Below are positions 1 to 13,029 of a stretch of DNA of 64,000 nucleotides, piece by piece. Under the pieces are notes generated by a model, which did not search any database, was not told where the DNA came from, and saw nothing but the letters and a program-made list of their open reading frames with translations. The stretch is from Tubulanus polymorphus (Eukaryota; Animalia; Nemertea). Numbering within the stretch: the stretch's first letter is position 1; every line of letters begins with the position of its first letter. Where the stretch lies: assembly GCF_964204645.1 (NCBI RefSeq), contig NC_134031.1, positions 7,688,001 to 7,752,000 on the forward strand. Direction: 5' to 3'. A program made the position numbers and the translations under genes.

Positions 1-615
1 AAGACTCCTCTGTGATTGGCTTAGCCGCAGAGTTCAGCAGGTATTCAAGTGAACCCGCGGTATAATCTACCGTTTTACTTCCGGGTTTTGTTTTAAGATC
101 TAAAATTGTATTTCAAGATCGATTTCTGTGAAAGCTTTAGTTGATTTGGTTTTTGGGAGGAATACTTTGATTAGCACTACAGAAAATATCATTGACCATT
201 GTGCAAAGTCCTGGAAAAATAGCTTTTTCTCCAATCGGAAAAATAACCTTGATATGCTAATTAGCCATGTGCTCAAACTACAAATTCAATCAAATTTTAT
301 TCAGCAAAAAATATCAAATCCAATTCAATTTTACTTTATTGAACAAATTAAAACATCACATCCAATTCAATTTTGTTTTATTGAGCATATTTCAGAAAAT
401 TTGAAATATTTGAAAATATTTAATCTGAAGTATTTGTTCCTGCCAGATCCAGTCGCTGTCTGTACTACGATTGTATTATACGATTATATTGTGTAAATTA
501 TTAGGTATTGAGCTGGAAGTGTATTTTGTTTAATTCAACCCACAGAATGCATCATCATTTGCCATTTTATGAAAAGCTGACAGGCTGGCCATAGTGCCCC
601 TTGGGGCTCTTGTTA
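1..615 (+). mobile_element. 3' part of a non-autonomous Helitron/Helentron-like repeat
   Basis: 1-240 aligns by eye with 2595-2835. It ends in the hairpin GCCCCTTGGGGC plus TCTTGTT; a similar end occurs at ~53910-53930. Confidence 0.5.
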
Positions 616-928
616 CATAGAATAGCTCGAATTTCATAGTATGTTTCTGCTGTTAAAATTAAGCTACAGTCGACAAAAGGTAGAATCTATTTTAGTAACT
701 TAGCGCGCATCCGGTAGATCAGACCACAGCGTCATCCGCTCATGGACGGATGTGGAAACACGATTCGAGTCGCTTGAAAATGGCTTATCTTGCTACCGTT
801 AGAATTATGTGTTTTTGTATCGACTGCACGATTCGACTTTAAACGCAACTCCTGAAAAAGAAATCGAAGCGATTGCAGACGATGTATAAGTCAACGTTCA
901 ACGTTCTCATGCCATGCCACAGTCAAAG

Positions 929-1330
929 GAATACCTGCCGATTTTATTGTTGATCGTTTTCGATACTTTTCTGATAATAAAACTGCGAAAAATCCAGGCT
1001 AAACGGGACGAAGATTTCACCTTGCACGGCGGTAAGGATAAGAATCGATATATCGATATGAAAGCGACTAAAATGGCGTTATCGCTCGTAGTTTTCATGC
1101 TTTTTAAAAGGCCCAGCTCTATCTCGACGATATATAATGCCATGCGAACTTGGTTTGAGAATTGTCCCCCTTTACCGGCCGATTATTGGTATTTCGGCAT
1201 AATTGTCAGTGCAATTTTTCCGCTGTTGAATTCGTCGTCATCATATTTTTTCTTGTACCGCATTGTCAACGGTATGTTTAGGGAGGTGGCTCTGAAACTC
1301 ATACGAACCGTTGTTAACGAAATGCGATGA
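929..1330 (+). pseudogene. Fragment of a rhodopsin-like (class A) peptide GPCR, TM5-TM7 plus helix 8; no N-terminal part found
   Basis: ORF 914..1330 has TM5-like YLPILLLIVFDTFLIIKLRK, TM6-like KATKMALSLVVF and TM7/H8-like LLNSSSSYFFLY...FR. This recalls invertebrate FMRFamide-receptor-like GPCRs, but TM6/TM7 look degenerate. Confidence 0.6.
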
Positions 1331-2449
1331 TCAAATAAATGTCGGACTCGCTTCTAGTTATCATCAGATAAGTCGTCAGATTTTTAAGTTGTTTCTATTT
1401 TCGAGTCCCGATTTACGTTTCCAACATAATTTGCATGCGTAATTTGTCATTTGGATTAGCCCTCAATGAAATGATTGTCCCACCGACGCATGACACGTTT
1501 CATGGCAAGTTTCACTGTATTTCAGTTGATTTCGTAAGCTAAGCAGACATCGGATTAGCAACTGATTAGATCAGTTGCTAGTGAGGCAAGTACATGTCGC
1601 ACACGTCGAAAATCAGGCCACATTGCCGTAGCGCGCCAGTATCGAGATTCACAGCGCGCCCATCCTTTTATACATCATTGCTACAGAACAATTCCTTAAG
1701 AATCAATTGTAATATATATTCGTCGATGCTCAGGCCTTTGTTCATTGCATATAGTTTTTCAAGAAAAAGAGCTCAGGGGAAAAAAATATGGAAATATTTT
1801 TCCATTAGAGGCATTTAAAGAAAACATTTTCATTATTCAAGTATTGTCCACACAAATTTTGGACTGCAGAAAACAATTAGGAAGGAGCGAAAATTATGAT
1901 GAATTGAATTTAAATGATAGGAGAAATAAAGAAAGCTAATTTCAAAGAATCACTTCATCAAAAATGGAAATAACTATAAAAAATAACTTTTTGGAAAAAT
2001 TGTGACATAAAGCCCTGTGGGAATGTGGGAATAGTTGAAATTCATGTTTCGCCGGATTTTGGGGGATCCGGAATTAGTGGGGCTCCAGAATTACGGGGAT
2101 CCATATTCCTAGAAAAGGGCAAACTCATGTAGGCCCTAATACATCAAGTAAAAGAAGCTGTCTTCAGGAACTCGTGTTGGTGTCAACAGGAAACTGAAGA
2201 GTGCTTTTACAGCAATTTCGAACTGATTTCGAGCTCGTGATTCTATGCGTGAATACTGAATACCATCATTCATCAGGTGAATCTCATTTCCCTGTTGGAC
2301 TATGCCGAGACTGCCGGCGTCGCGCAACTGCAGGTGATGACGTCGTGTCTCATTTTTCCAAGCACCAAAACATCACCCTACTACCATGATTATTTCTAAT
2401 TTGAAATTCACGGGTTTTTTTTGTGTCGAAAATTGGGTCCTTTAAACTG

Positions 2450-2862
2450 ATAGATTTTACAGTGACACTAGCTTCGGTTCTGTATATGTATACTTTTGAA
2501 TAACTTCCTAATAATTGCATAATAGCCAGACCCATTTGACAAATAATTAGGTCCTTGTGGATTAGAATTAGTGTCAAGAAGCCAATCGGAGAGGGAAGTC
2601 TCCTCTATGATTGGGTTAGCTGTTGATATCATCAGGTGTTCACGTGAAACTTTGATATTGTCTATTGTTTTACTTCTGGATTTATTTTGCGATTAGAAAA
2701 AAATTTCATATTCGGTTTCCATGAAATCTTCTGTTGATTCATTGCGGGAGGACATTCATTTGCACCACGGAAAATCTATCTTTGACGATTGCATAAGGTG
2801 AGGTTTAGTAAAATAGCTTTTTCTCAAACGCGAATACCAACAGGCTGGCTGGCTTTTGTTTT
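2450..2862 (+). repeat. Diverged second copy of the dispersed repeat at 1-600
   Basis: Shared blocks TCCTCT(G/A)TGATTGG, TTTTACTTC, AAAATAGCTTTTTCTC and CAGGCTGGC occur in the same order. Confidence 0.6.
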
Positions 2863-5800
2863 TAGAATCATGCTTTAGGCTTTAAATTGAATTCAATCTA
2901 TTTTTCATAGGAAAGCGTGATTTAAAGATTTTAGGTAAACATGATTGGAAATTGAAATTGAAAACTGAATCCGCCTGCCCTTTTTTATAATAGACAAATT
3001 CCGTCATTATAAATCAGACCATGTCCCTCCCCCCCCCCCCCCACAAATGAGAAACGAGGTGTTTTTGGCCTTAGATCTATTAACAGGGACCTTGGGATAA
3101 TGATTTCCTGGTTGTTGAGGGAAATGAAGCTCATTCAATCACCATTCATTAATTACAGTATTCTATAGTTCAAGTGGATCATGAATCATTATTCCTTTCT
3201 ACAACAGGATTATTGATTAGTTAAGAGTAATGAAATTACTAACGCATACTGTATTCTCCAGGGCAACTGTACTCCTTTATCGTAAATGTGTTATCTATAG
3301 ACAAAATGAAGATGATTTTTTTTCAATGCTTTTTATCAACGATGTTGATTTGTATGACTGATGCAGTATGCATTATTTGACAGCTGCTCAATTCTGCTTG
3401 GTGATAATGCTGCAAACCATCCGATTTCAAGTTAGGAAATATTTTCATTTATAGGTCGTCAATAATTAATCACTAAAGCCCATCAATGAATCCCTGTTAT
3501 AATCATCAAGAGAAATGTACCCAGCATCAAAAATTCATAATCTTCATCGTCAGATTTTGTTTTTAAGGCAGACATGATTATAAATTATCGGACAGCGTGG
3601 GACCGGCACGATCAACATAAAGGCGCGTTCACACTAGATTATTTAAACTAAATTCGGCCCGTTCCAATTTGAAACAGACCAAGCATTCACATTTGTAAAA
3701 AAAATGCACTCCAAATTGTTCCGTTCAATTTCAGACCGGCCCAAGTTGAGCCGACCTGAAAGACCTGTGTATGTGGACAGAAACTGGTTCCAGGTCTGTT
3801 CAAAATCGTACTCTGAAGTATGAAATATGCATGTCACAAATTCGTCATCAAGCTGATATGGTTGTCAGGTATCATATAATTTCCGTATTGCTTAGAAATT
3901 AATGCATAGGCTAGCGGATTGTTAAATTCTGCGTGTGTTTATCACGAAGTACATGTATCCGTTTTGATTGTTTTGAAAATGTCCAAGAATTTATCATAGT
4001 TTGATGTGTCCATGTATACGATGAGCTGCAATCATCAAAAATTCTTGAATAAAAACAGCCAGGGCGTCATTAATCAATAATTTAGACATAAATTACGGGG
4101 TAAATACTTATGGTGACATCTTGCAGGGCAATTCAATACTATCTGCAGCCAATTTAGCAACACGTGTGTGAACGCATACTCCTGTTTGGTCCAAATTCGG
4201 AACAGACCTATTTTGACTTAGACTGGTCTAACAAGTGGTAGCGTGAACGCTTTGTTAAATAAACAAAATCTGACGATGAACATTATGAATTTGTTCACCC
4301 TGTCCCTATGCTGTCCAACTGAATAACACAGGTTTTACTGATCTACCCTCAATTATTTAGAAGAATATAGATACATCCTTGGATGCCTGGCAAACCGGAA
4401 ACTTCGATTTTAGAAAATAGGTTTGCACAGTCTGCCCCTTGCTGGTGATATAGCCTTGATCAGGTGGAGACCATTAGGCCCGGATCAGACCCGATTCATA
4501 TTTGGTCCATGCCTAATCCTCTAAAACGATTTCAAAAGCCTAATTAAAGGCCCGTAAATCATTTTCTCGATGCTAAACGATGCCGAGACGAAGTGAGGCA
4601 GTCACATTCAGAACCAGTTAGCATTCATATGCATTTATTTTACCCATGCTAAGAATGGGTTGGCCCATACCAGCATTAGTTCTCCCATATTTGAAAACTG
4701 GTGATAGATATAAGATTAACACCGTTTTAAGTATAGGTCAAGCTTAGTTATGAGCTTAACATTCGCATGATGAAAATGAAGTTGGGTGCAGTATTGTTAT
4801 TAGTTAGTACTATATGGGATATATTGTTTTGATATTTGTATTAGGGTATATATCACTTAAATATGCTGGTGTGAGTGTTGAGCAGGTGGAATTTCAAAGA
4901 CCGCGGATCTCAAAGAATACGGGCTGTTAACATGGTTAACGGCTCTTAACGGTAAACAAGAGGCCTATAATTTTGGCCCAATATTACCGCCATCAAAATC
5001 ATGTTGCCATGGCAATGAGTAAACCCATAAAATACATCGTCCCTGTTGTTTCTGATATTGCGTAGGGCCATGTGTGTGTATGTATCCTTTGTGTTGATTA
5101 CCAACTTGAGGAGAGAAGATAACAATGTCACCAATACTTAAATTTGGTTTGCACTCACAATAATGAATTTGCTCTCAATTTCTTTCATTTTTTCTCCAAC
5201 ACAACTGAAGTGCTTGGGTACTGTTACGTTGATAACAGATTCATAGACCAGTAGCGGGCCCGATCCCAAGTTCACCACAGTTAATATGATTATAATCTAC
5301 TATATATAGAGATTGAAATGAAATTTATTTTATAAAACAATGTTTCAGACTCCTTTTAGATAGGCCATTTCATTTTGTATATGAATATATTTTATTATCA
5401 AATGGCTACGCCTGGGACTTTTGGGCTTCGTACGACCCCCTTTTCATAACTAAGTTTGATGAGTTATCATTAAATTTTTTTTTTCTTTTCTGAATCAGTA
5501 TTAAGCAAAAGAAATGTTTTTACATCTAAAAATCGTTCAAACTGCTCGAAAAATACGTTTAAGAATTCAAAGCCCTAATTAAATGAGAAGTAAAATAAAT
5601 TACTGAATTAATTTTTAAAATGTGATCATAAATGCAAACCTTGCCTGCAACCATTTATCTTCAGTAATTGATAAAAAGTATATAAAAGAAGAATGTACAA
5701 ATATTGAAAGCATCAATACTATCCGTAGTTATATATACATAACTGTTATAAATGATGGGTGAGGACGAATACCATTTATGATAATTTACTATCAGTTAAT

Positions 5801-7414
5801 AGTTGTTAAATGAAGTTCCTTCAAGCATATTTGGCCTGGACCTGGCCCGACCAAAAATGTTGAACCAGGCCCGAGCCTAATTTGGCTCGAGACCGATCCA
5901 TGCCAATGTTGTAGCCAAGGCCAAATCGTCTCTGTGTGATTGTGGCTATAGCCTTTGCTGTAGGCTATCTCGCGATTGTTTTTCTCCCCATCCAATCTCG
6001 GTTATCAGTAGTAAATCTTGGAGAGTAGAATTTGGAGCGGTGGCAATCCTTTTTAGGATCAATAAACGCCCATTGGCAGGAATGATAATGCTTAAAAGGA
6101 GCACTATCATTGTGAAAGGTAATCCTTGGCACAATCGTTGGAAGGAGGCGGGGTAATCTTCAGTTGTATACGTAATCCTAAGCAGGAGGTAATCCTGGGT
6201 AGGAGCCATCATAGTCATGCTCGGCAGGATGAGTAATCGATGGCAGGAGCCGTGTTTTCCTTGACAGAAGTTGCGATCTTTCAAATGTAGATTGTTTTCC
6301 GGGTGTGTATCATCAAAGGTCACAGGATTAAGTAAGATTTATGTTTCTGCCGTAATAGATTACATCGTTTGATAGAGAATCATCAAAAGTCAAGCATTAA
6401 TGAACTCGTAAATATCAGTACGTAGTAATGTTTGCAGATAAAAGATGAAGATCGTTGTGAATAAGGCAAAGCATGGATGCTACATGATCGGTGACAAAAT
6501 AAATGCTTACCATTGTAGTATTTCTGATTTTCAGAATCTTGCAGACCTTTGTATTGATGCATGATACAAATTGATGAGACTTCATGGAAAAAGTAGTTTT
6601 TATAACTATTTTACAAATTTGTAGTCAGTGCGAAACGTTTGGTTAATGAGGGTGGTAGGTTGTCATGATTTAGGCGAATTTGCGAGAATAATGAGGGTGG
6701 TAGGTCGTCATGATTTACACGAATTTCATGGGCTCAAACCCAACACCTGAGCCAGCCACCAAATGGATAGCAAACAACAGCTGAGGCCTCCTCAATAATG
6801 GTGAATGTTCTTAACGAAATCTGAACGGCTAATTTTGCCATCCAAGCAATTATGCATAGGACCTTACTTTTATGAAGCCAACAATTATTAGTTTGAACCA
6901 AATCAGTAATTGCGATATTCCAACATCGACAGCGGATGCTTGTTATTTTAAAAAGACAGTAGACTGCCTAACTCGGTTTTATTTGGACTGTAATGTTTCT
7001 CCCGACTTGACGGAATACCAACTCAATAGTTGAACGAATACTGACTCAATAGATAAGGGAATTAAAAGATTTATACGTTAGGGATCAGAAAATTTGTAAT
7101 GTAATTTCACTGACGTAGCTGTACATAAGTTGCTATGGTGGGGTGCCTTCCTTTGTTCATTATTCCATTCTCCAATTTCTCATGTTACCTCTCCCCCAAT
7201 ATTTACTTGACTTGACGTTGTGATCAGTGTGCTGGCCAAAAAAGCGCACAGATCATACTTCAACCGATCCGACTCCTAGCTACCAAACTGCTTCTGGGTT
7301 TATTTTGCTAGCTCGTTTTGTTGTGTTCAGTAGCGGATGAACCGAGTCATCGAAGCGTGAAAACTCTAATCGGTTTCGGTAGTCAGCACCATTTATTACT
7401 GCGTACACTATATC

Positions 7415-7897
7415 TCATTGGTTGTACCCAGGGATCGGTATGACATACGTTATATCTGTAACCACTGGCCAATCGTTCGGAGTAGAATCATCAACTGCTC
7501 GCACTTGTATTGGAACGTTCGAAATATCGCTATTTGCAGCCGCGTAGGCCGCTCGATGCGCCCCGTCGCGGATGAAATATACCCGATCTCGCACTCGTGT
7601 CACTTTAATCGGATCGGATTTTTCGTAGTCCGTCGTCCACTGTTTAATGTTGGCGTAAAAGATGTCCTCGCTATGTTCGACGTAACCGATTGCACGAGTC
7701 TCCATCCTGATGTAATGGCTGTATTCGGTACCCGGTGGTCGTTGCTCGAGATTACTCTGCAGAACGGCGCGGGCAAATCGGTAGTGCGGCGTGTAGCGTA
7801 TGGGAACAATCAGGGGCGAAACGCAATATCGTCCAACCTGTTCCGGCAGCCTCTCCCAGAAACGGAAGTAGATTTCATCAATATTCAGGCTCAACAT
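7415..7897 (-). CDS. Exon 2 of a small ParB/sulfiredoxin-fold-like protein (160 aa from this exon)
   Basis: Acceptor CTTCTATTTTCAG|ATG. The open frame contains PIKV...YFIRDGAHRAA...VPIQV, matching the ParB N-terminal/Srx pattern PIxV...YxIxDGxHRxxA...VPV. TGA at 7415; AATAAA at 7397-7392. Confidence 0.75.
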   Translation of the reverse strand: MLSLNIDEIYFRFWERLPEQVGRYCVSPLIVPIRYTPHYRFARAVLQSNLEQRPPGTEYSHYIRMETRAIGYVEHSEDIFYANIKQWTTDYEKSDPIKVTRVRDRVYFIRDGAHRAAYAAANSDISNVPIQVRAVDDSTPNDWPVVTDITYVIPIPGYNQ

Positions 7898-7993
7898 CTG
7901 AAAATAGAAGAATAGCGATTCATTTTCAAACACATTATTTTCGACGTCTCCAGACTGTTTTGAACACTAGTTATTCACCAGATGGTGTATTAC

Positions 7994-8026
7994 CCTGAGG
8001 TTGTTAATGGTAGCGTGGTTACACAT
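7994..8026 (-). CDS. Exon 1 of ParB/Srx-fold-like gene (MCNHATINNLR); may instead be 5' UTR
   Basis: ATG at 8026 opens 33 nt ending AGG|GTAATA, in frame with exon 2. A TATA-like TTATAAG lies at 8061-8055. Confidence 0.55.
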
Positions 8027-8054
8027 CTTGAAATAAAGCGCCACTATGGCTGCC

Positions 8055-8061
8055 CTTATAA
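8055..8061 (-). promoter_or_regulatory. Candidate TATA box of the ParB-like gene
   Basis: TTATAAG followed by GGC, about 30 nt upstream of the exon 1 ATG. Confidence 0.4.
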
Positions 8062-11000
8062 CTACTAATAGTTGTGCAAAACTTGGTCACACCAAGGCAA
8101 ACTTTGGTTATCTGAGTTAGTTGACCAGTTGCGAATGTGAAGCCGAATGTCAGTTAGTCCGAACTAGCCCGAAATAGTCGTTGAGCACGGTCGCTTGAGT
8201 TCAAACCTTGTTCCAAGATGGCTAGATCTTTCATATGTGTTAAAATCAGTGCATGTGAATGCTTACTGGTTCTGGATGTGACTTGTTTATATGTGCATGT
8301 GCTCTCTAATTAGGCCTGGGTCAAATTCGGTCCAAGCCAATATCACCCCAGCCAATTCATTTTGAGTGATCACTGCCTATTCGAAGGTCACGCTAATGTT
8401 GTAAAGGTCATGCTAATGTTGTAGGAGGTCTGTTGCTTCATTTGGACAGGATAAATGTTTTTTTTCCATAGTAGGCCCTCCCCTCCACTCAAAAATTCAT
8501 TCACTTATATTTGTGACATATATTTGTGAATGTCTCTCAATAGGTCTGAAGCCTAAAAATCATGATTCGGAAATACAGAGTAGGCGTATACTTTTATTTG
8601 CAGCCTGCCTTATTTAAAGAAAATTTAGTACGGTGGAAACTTGTTTTATTGACCTTGGATATAACGATAACAACCCTAGAATATTGTCCAAAATAGGAAA
8701 ATCTTCAATAATTTTTTATTGGATATAGGCTAATGAACTATCATTGGTAATAACGCACAGATTTTCTGCCGGCCCCCTGAAGTTTGTATTAACAAGGTCC
8801 CACTTATAAAAAGATGTCACCCTGATCATGATTTCTATATTCAAATGTCCATAAGTCACACGAACTATTATGACACATGTTTTTACAATTGACTAGTGAA
8901 ATGTTCATCTATTGATAATATTTACTATCTTACTAGATGAAATACTTAATATGACGTTGAATTACTGAGTATGAGGCTAATATGTTTTTTATTCATAATC
9001 AACATGTTGGATTTAGTCAATACGTATTCACAGAAGTGCTGGTGATTAATTTGTGTCTTTGAACGATGTCATTTAATGTTTGGTCAGTCATCACATGTCA
9101 ATAAACTGTGCTCATGATTTTGTATATAAAGATGATGTGAACTCATCATTCTTATTCTGGGTTATGGTAAAGGGTGTACATACACGTCATTGAATGAATG
9201 ACATCCTTTACTTTTTGAGTGGGTGTTAGTTTCCTAGCCAGCCTACCTCAATAACACCCACCCCAATAAGTCACTGGTTGAAAGGTTGTTTGAATGAATT
9301 GCAACCGAATTTCCCAGTTATGTACTTCAATTTGAATAAGAAATTCTGTAAATTCGACCGCCGATCACACAACTGTATCTGTACTTCGATTTTGCGATTT
9401 TAAAATATAACCTCCTTTTTCACCCCCAGCAGATATGTTGGGTTTGTAAGGGACACTCAAAATCTACCAATCACATAGATAACATGGTCAATCCCTTTTT
9501 TAAGATCAAATAACACCCACCTGTTACACATATGCTGAGCCTTGCTTCCAATGTTTTGATGCAACTATAGCTGTGAGTTGTTGGTCTGCACAGACTTCTC
9601 TCTGGATGGAAATTTATTTTTCTGTACCATTCCCTTTCTGTGCTTTACTGTCTCTTCTATGACCTGATAGAATTTCCTCGTATATTATTCAATCATATAT
9701 TTACTTTTTTTTGTTCCGCACACGTGTTAATCAATTCGAGCTTCAGCTGTACATAGAGCCATCTGTTTGCTAAAGCCCGGTGCACACTAGGCATTGCAAC
9801 CAACGGTTAGATTTTCTATCGTCGGCAACTTTTGTTTAAATCGCTGACATAACAATCGCTATCTGGTTGCCCGTGCCCATATAACTACTATTGTGGCTGA
9901 ATCGCGGTAGGAAAAGTTGTGCCACTTCACTTCAAGGGGATGCCATTTTGTGAATGGCGGTATGATTTTTATCTTGACGCTGTTTTACATGAGATTTGAA
10001 GGGACTTGTTGCTAGTCAGTGCGCACACAAGGCAACTGAAGGAAATTTACTGCCGATTGTGTTGCCAAATATCTAGCATTCTAAATACTGAGCAATCTTG
10101 TCACCAGAAGCTATTTGTCTATACACTAGGTGATAGAAAATTTGTCACTGTCGACGAAATTCGCCGACTAATCGTCATAACATCGCTTATTGTGTGGTGG
10201 GCACCACACGCAAGCTAAAAAATACATATGCAATGCATGCTGCCTCAAATTTGGCCGGTATGCAGGTGATTTTTCCCAGTGCATTTTGCCATTTTGCCGA
10301 AGATTCTACATGTTCTATGATTCTCGAAGCTGCGCCGCACATCACGCTGCTTTCATTGCCAATGCCCAAAACTGATGATTGCAATTATTATCAATTTTGG
10401 AAAAGAAAGCTGCTGATTTATTACATGAGTATTACTCTCTTAACTGTTGCATGTGGGATTACTAGGATTAATTAAATCATAATTTTTTCTCATTGCAAGA
10501 CCCACAATCTGAATTTTGTGATGGAGAATTGTGATAAGGATGATGCAAAGTTGCTTGTAAATGATGCAGATATGCAGTAAATAAGGAAACAGGGGGTTTC
10601 ATAAAGAAATTGGAAATGGAAGTACAGATCTAGTTTCATGATCGGCAGTCGAATTTACGGCAATTTTGTGATTAAATCAAAGTACATAATTGGAAATTGT
10701 AGTTTATTCATTTTAACTGGATGCTGGATATATATAACATAAGATTTTGTCACTCGCTGGTTAATCACGTCGAAGAGAATCACCGATCCTGACCGGAGGG
10801 CACAACGTTGTTTACTTTTTATAATTCATTCTGGTCCAACGAGCTGATCTGCCCAGTATCCAAGCAACGGCTTAGAAAAACAGCAGTAACTGCCAGTTTG
10901 GATCGTTTATATCGGCTATAAATCTTTGAGGTCATATACGGTAGCAATGAAACATTGAATCGGTACTGTATTCAATGATTGATCAGGTTGAGTTTGAATT

Positions 11001-11073
11001 TGAGGTGGATCTGATATGAGCCGCAGAATATTCACAACAAAAAGTCGATATTTAGATTAATCAAAGGTATTTA

Positions 11074-11355
11074 TAGCTGCGATCACACAGAGATGATTTG
11101 GCACGGGCCAAATTGACAGCATTGACCAAACCCGAGTCAAATTTGCCCGTGCCTAATTAGAGAGAGCGCTCGCACACAAACCACTCACTCGATACTAAAC
11201 AAAGCAAAGTGAGTCATCCGGAACCTGCTGCAATTCAAATGCAATCATTTGTCCTGTGCTAGAATTTGAAATTTGGCTCAGGCGTGGCCCGACATTTTTG
11301 GTTGGGCCAAACATGCTCAGGCCCATCTGCCAAAAACACTTGTGTGATCGCAGTT
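11074..11355. mobile_element. MITE of a family also seen near 3620-4250, 5840-5950, 8220-8380 and 41362-41700
   Basis: TIR AGCTGCGATCACAC / GTGTGATCGCAGTT with internal GGCCC/GGGCC and CAAATT repeats. Confidence 0.65.
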
Positions 11356-12249
11356 AAAATTCCTTTTCGGGTATACAGCCAAAACTGGTTTTCCATGAAT
11401 CGCATCATTCGCATGTAACCGTAATATCTATTCAAAGAAAACTTATGCGTAACCTAAAGTTCATGTATGACAAAACGAATAATTATCAAGGGTGTTGAGA
11501 AATGATACCTTTGCCACAGATCGAGTTGGAACACTGAAATAGATCTTACTTTAACGGAATACTTGCCGTACAGAATACATGATACAATAAGTATATAAAT
11601 ACCATCACATATACTGTAAATGTTACTGGATAACAGCTGACGGCATTGACACTATTCACCTCCGATCCTCGGCAATCCTGATCAGATTTCAGCCATTGAA
11701 ATTGAATCGGTTACAATATCATATCACGACTTTGATCGACAGTCTGGTATATATTTGATTGAGCTGTTATTCGGCTCTTCGATGTCTCTCGCCTTGGCCA
11801 GGAAAGTTTACATTCGTTATGTCAATCCCTGATGAATGAGTAGTCGATCCATTTTACGTTTATGTTAACCCTTTATATAGCAATTCATTTATCTGTTTGG
11901 TATCGAACAATGTGTCTATATTTATCCTTTAAGTTAACATTGACTCTCTCTATATATATGTATCGTGTAATTTACCTTTGCCATTCACTTAGTCATCTCC
12001 TCTGCAACGTCGTAACTGTCTTCGGTCTAGTCAGGGAGGTGGGAGTCAATTTCCTATTGATCTAGTTTGTTCCTCGGCAGCCAAGATACATTTTAAATGG
12101 TAACGGTCTGAAACATTTATCGTCGGTGTATCTATTTATTATCTGACGAAAAGTTATGTAAGAAGATGAAATTACATACATTTTTAGTTTATAAGGTTTT
12201 AATGAATACTTATGTTTTTGTATATTTTAGGCCTTCGTGTAATGGTCCG

Positions 12250-12470
12250 ATGGAAGGGACATGTATGGAGTTGGCACTCGAAGGAGAACGCCTCTGTAAA
12301 TCTGGTGATTGTCGGTCGGGCGTCCAGTTTTTCGAGGCAGCCGTCGAAGTCGGAACCGATGATCTCAAGACATTAAGTGCCATCTATAGTCAATTAGGAA
12401 ACGCATATTTCTATCTACAAGAGTACATAAAAGCATTGGAATACCATAAGCATGATCTAAACTTAGCGCG
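12250..12470 (+). CDS. GPSM2: GPSM2/LGN/Pins homolog, first coding exon seen (exon starts 12231); TPR
   Basis: MEGTCMELALEGERLCKSGDCRSGVQFFEAAVEVGTDDLKTLSAIYSQLGNAYFYL; TTTTAG acceptor and GTAAGT donor (phase 2). Confidence 0.95.
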
Positions 12471-13029
12471 GTAAGTATTATATTGAAGTTGATAATGTCA
12501 GCCATCATATGCGTCGTCTAATCCCAATGCGGTGTCTCCATATAGTTATCAAGGGCAGATTTAAGGGGGTAGACCAGGTTGACTACTCCCCCCCTTCTGG
12601 AATTTTTTTTGCAAACGAAATTTTAAAAGAACAAAAAATGTATCCTAATGGGCGTGATGAGGGCCAGAAAAGCTCCCGTTTTATCTAAATAAGTGCCTAC
12701 TCCAGTTTAATGGCCCACCCCATTAAAAGAATCCTAGATCCTCCATTGTTTATGCCCTAGTTTGTTGTGTAGTTGAAATTTTCTAATGAAAGATGACAGC
12801 ACCTGTCGTGCAGTTGTAAAATCTTGAAGGCCACTGGACACTATCTTGATTTAAGTAGGATTACAGGTGGATGGCGATTGGCCTGGTTTTCATTATGGTT
12901 CAGTTTATTTATCACGCGCCCATACATCTAGATCTCTGTATAGCCGAATGATCAGTGTACACCGTTTCTTTAGTGCACACTTTCCCGATCTCATCAAGTC
13001 AGCCAGCAGCAGCAGCGTTATGGAAGTAA

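Noticed and set aside
128-496. 122-aa ORF
   Set aside because: Lies in a dispersed repeat with degenerate ~44-bp tandem units; low complexity.
5946-6323. 125-aa - strand ORF
   Set aside because: No ATG start or domain; its composition is explained by repeated DNA motifs.
7418-7915. 165-aa + strand ORF fully overlapping the ParB-like exon
   Set aside because: Antisense shadow with no ATG start, motifs or gene signals; the - strand frame has all of these.
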